A stretch of 9,938 bases of DNA from Macrostomum lignano. Its lineage: Eukaryota. Numbering within the stretch: position 1 is the stretch's first letter; every line of letters starts with the position of its first letter. Shown here piece after piece: positions 8,485 to 9,938 of the stretch. Location of the stretch: assembly GCA_002269645.1 (NCBI GenBank), contig NIVC01000253.1, forward strand, positions 1 through 9,938, read 5' to 3'. A program made the position numbers and the translations under genes. The notes under the pieces were generated by a model, which saw only the letters and a list, made by a program, of their open reading frames with translations, was not told the DNA's origin and did no database searches.

Positions 8485-8597
8485 CTGTCGATGCTGATGG
8501 CGACCAGGTTAAGAATGGAGGCGGTGCTGAACAATGCGTCACACATGATCCACAGGTCGCACAGAAGGTCAGAGAAATCCCAGTGGCCGTTGCGCAC
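8485..8597 (-). CDS. Dop2R: D2-like dopamine receptor exon: ECL1 and TM3 (113 nt, intact)
   Basis: Not in the ORF track. Acceptor CTCAG| at 8598, donor |GTGAGT at 8484. Translation VRNGHWDFSDLLCDLWIMCDALFSTASILNLVAISID(R) has the WxF motif, C3.25, the amine-binding D3.32, TASILNL and the DR motif. Confidence 0.95.
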
Positions 8598-9938
8598 CTG
8601 AGTTTGCAAGGGGGTGGGGAAGCGGCAGATTTTATTGGGATTTTAAACGACAGAAAAATGGGGAATTTATGTGGCCACTTAGATAGAGTCTGCTTAATGT
8701 TTTAAGTGTAAATATAATATTTTTTGTGATGGATTCACCCATCCATCTCAGACTGAAGTGCCAAGACGATTCTAGATAGTGACAAGGGTATTCTTATTAG
8801 AATAAAGTAAGAGATACTCTTGGAATCCGAAGTGACAGAAAATATCAAAGCTTGCCAAGGAGAAAGCTGGAGTGACAAGAAAGTATCCAACTGGAGTGAC
8901 AAGAAAGTATCCAACTGGAGTGACAAGAAATTATCAAGCTGGAGTGACAAGAAATTATCAACTGGAGTGACAAGAAAGTATCCAACTGGAGTGACAAGAA
9001 AGTATCCAACTGGAGTGACAAGAAATTATCAAACTGGAGTGACAAGAAATTATCAAACTGGAGTGACAAGAAAGTATCCAACTGGAGTGACAAGAAATTA
9101 TCAAACTGGAGTGACAAGAAATTATCCAACTGGAGTGACAAGAAATTATCTAACTGGAGTGACAAGAAACTATCCAACTGGAGTGACAAGAAAGTATCCA
9201 ACTGGAGTGACAAGAAATTATCAAACTGGAGTGACAAGAAAGTATCCAACTGGAGTGACAAGAAATTATCAAACTGGAGTGACAAGAAAGTATCCAACTG
9301 GAGTGACAAGAAATTATCAAACTGGAGTGACAATAAATTATCCAACTGGAGTGACAAGAAATTATCAAACTGGAGTGAAAAAAAGTATCCAACTGGAGTG
9401 ACAAGAAAGTATTCAACTGGAGTGACAAGAAAGTATCCAACTGGAGTGACAAGAAAGTATCAACTGGAGTCAAGAAAGTATCCAACTGGAGTGACAAGAA
9501 AGTATCCAACTGGAGTGACAAGAAATTATCAACTGGAGTGACAAGAAATTATCCAACTGAGAGTGACAAGAAAGTATCCAACTGAGTGGCAAGAAAGTAT
9601 CCAACTGGAGTGACAAGAAATTATCCAACTGGCAGTGACAAGAAAGTATCAACTGGAGTGACAAGAAAGTATCCAACTGGGAGTGACAAGAAAGTATCAA
9701 ATTAGATTGACAAAAAATTATGAATTTGGGAGTGACAGGAAAGTATCAAACTTTATTGAAAAGTATTTGTCATTGAGTGAGAAGGCAACTCACGCACAGA
9801 GTGACAAGAGCAAAGAATGCTACTTGCAGAGTCAAAGACAACCATGGCTGTGACGACACCAGCCTCCCTTCAACTTTCCCCGAACGTCATCCAGCCCGCG
9901 CCAACGTGAATTGTTAAACTTTCTTTTCTAGTCAAAGA
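8598..9938 (-). other. 3' part of an upstream phase-0 intron; the TM1-TM2 exon(s) should lie beyond the window
   Basis: Acceptor CTTCCCCACCCCCTTGCAAACTCAG. No TM2-like LAxxD-containing sequence was found in 8598-9938. Confidence 0.75.
8867..9752. repeat. 24-bp minisatellite ACTGGAGTGACAAGAAA(G/T)TATC(C/A)A, about 36 copies
   Basis: Read directly; 8-aa periodicity in the ORF track (TGVTRKYP). Degenerate after about 9700, with partial copies near 8778, 8831 and 9798. Confidence 0.97.

Noticed and set aside
8631-8636. Sense-strand AATAAA just upstream of the TM3 exon acceptor (intronic polyadenylation)
   Set aside because: A single hexamer in AT-rich intron sequence is expected by chance, with no supporting elements.
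8735-9700. ORFs with TGVTRKYP or LSLQLDTF repeats (superficially leucine-rich-repeat-like)
   Set aside because: Products of the 24-bp array with frame switches at indels.
9787-9938. Possible TM1-TM2 exon ending at GTGAGT (9792-9787, minus strand)
   Set aside because: The donor-like motif is present, but no frame gives TM2 features (LAxxD, VMP), even allowing for indels.

Overview
Eukaryotic (animal) genomic DNA containing the 3' three coding exons of a D2-like dopamine receptor (Dop2R/DRD2 family, class A aminergic GPCR) on the minus strand: 8597-8485 (ECL1-TM3), 4678-3919 (ICL2-TM4-TM5-ICL3-start of TM6) and 3189-2959 (TM6-TM7-helix 8-stop). A likely poly(A) signal lies at 2801-2806. The TM1-TM2 exon is not in the window and should lie beyond 9938. 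The last two exons carry about 13 small deletions that break the frame while key receptor residues stay intact. This most likely reflects an under-polished assembly, though a pseudogene is not excluded. About half of the window is seven unrelated tandem-repeat arrays (units 22-23, 15-16, 9, 24 with two TTAGGG, 15, 31 and 24 bp) that fill the introns and the 3' flank. Most ORF-track entries are translations of these repeats. The most unusual pattern is that several arrays, read on the gene's sense strand, carry splice-signal look-alikes of the matching type on the matching side of the exons: tandem acceptor mimics upstream and donor mimics downstream of the 113-bp exon, and repeat-derived branch-point motifs at two acceptors. 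I see no firm evidence of a new biological system. The splice-mimic architecture is a testable hypothesis only.
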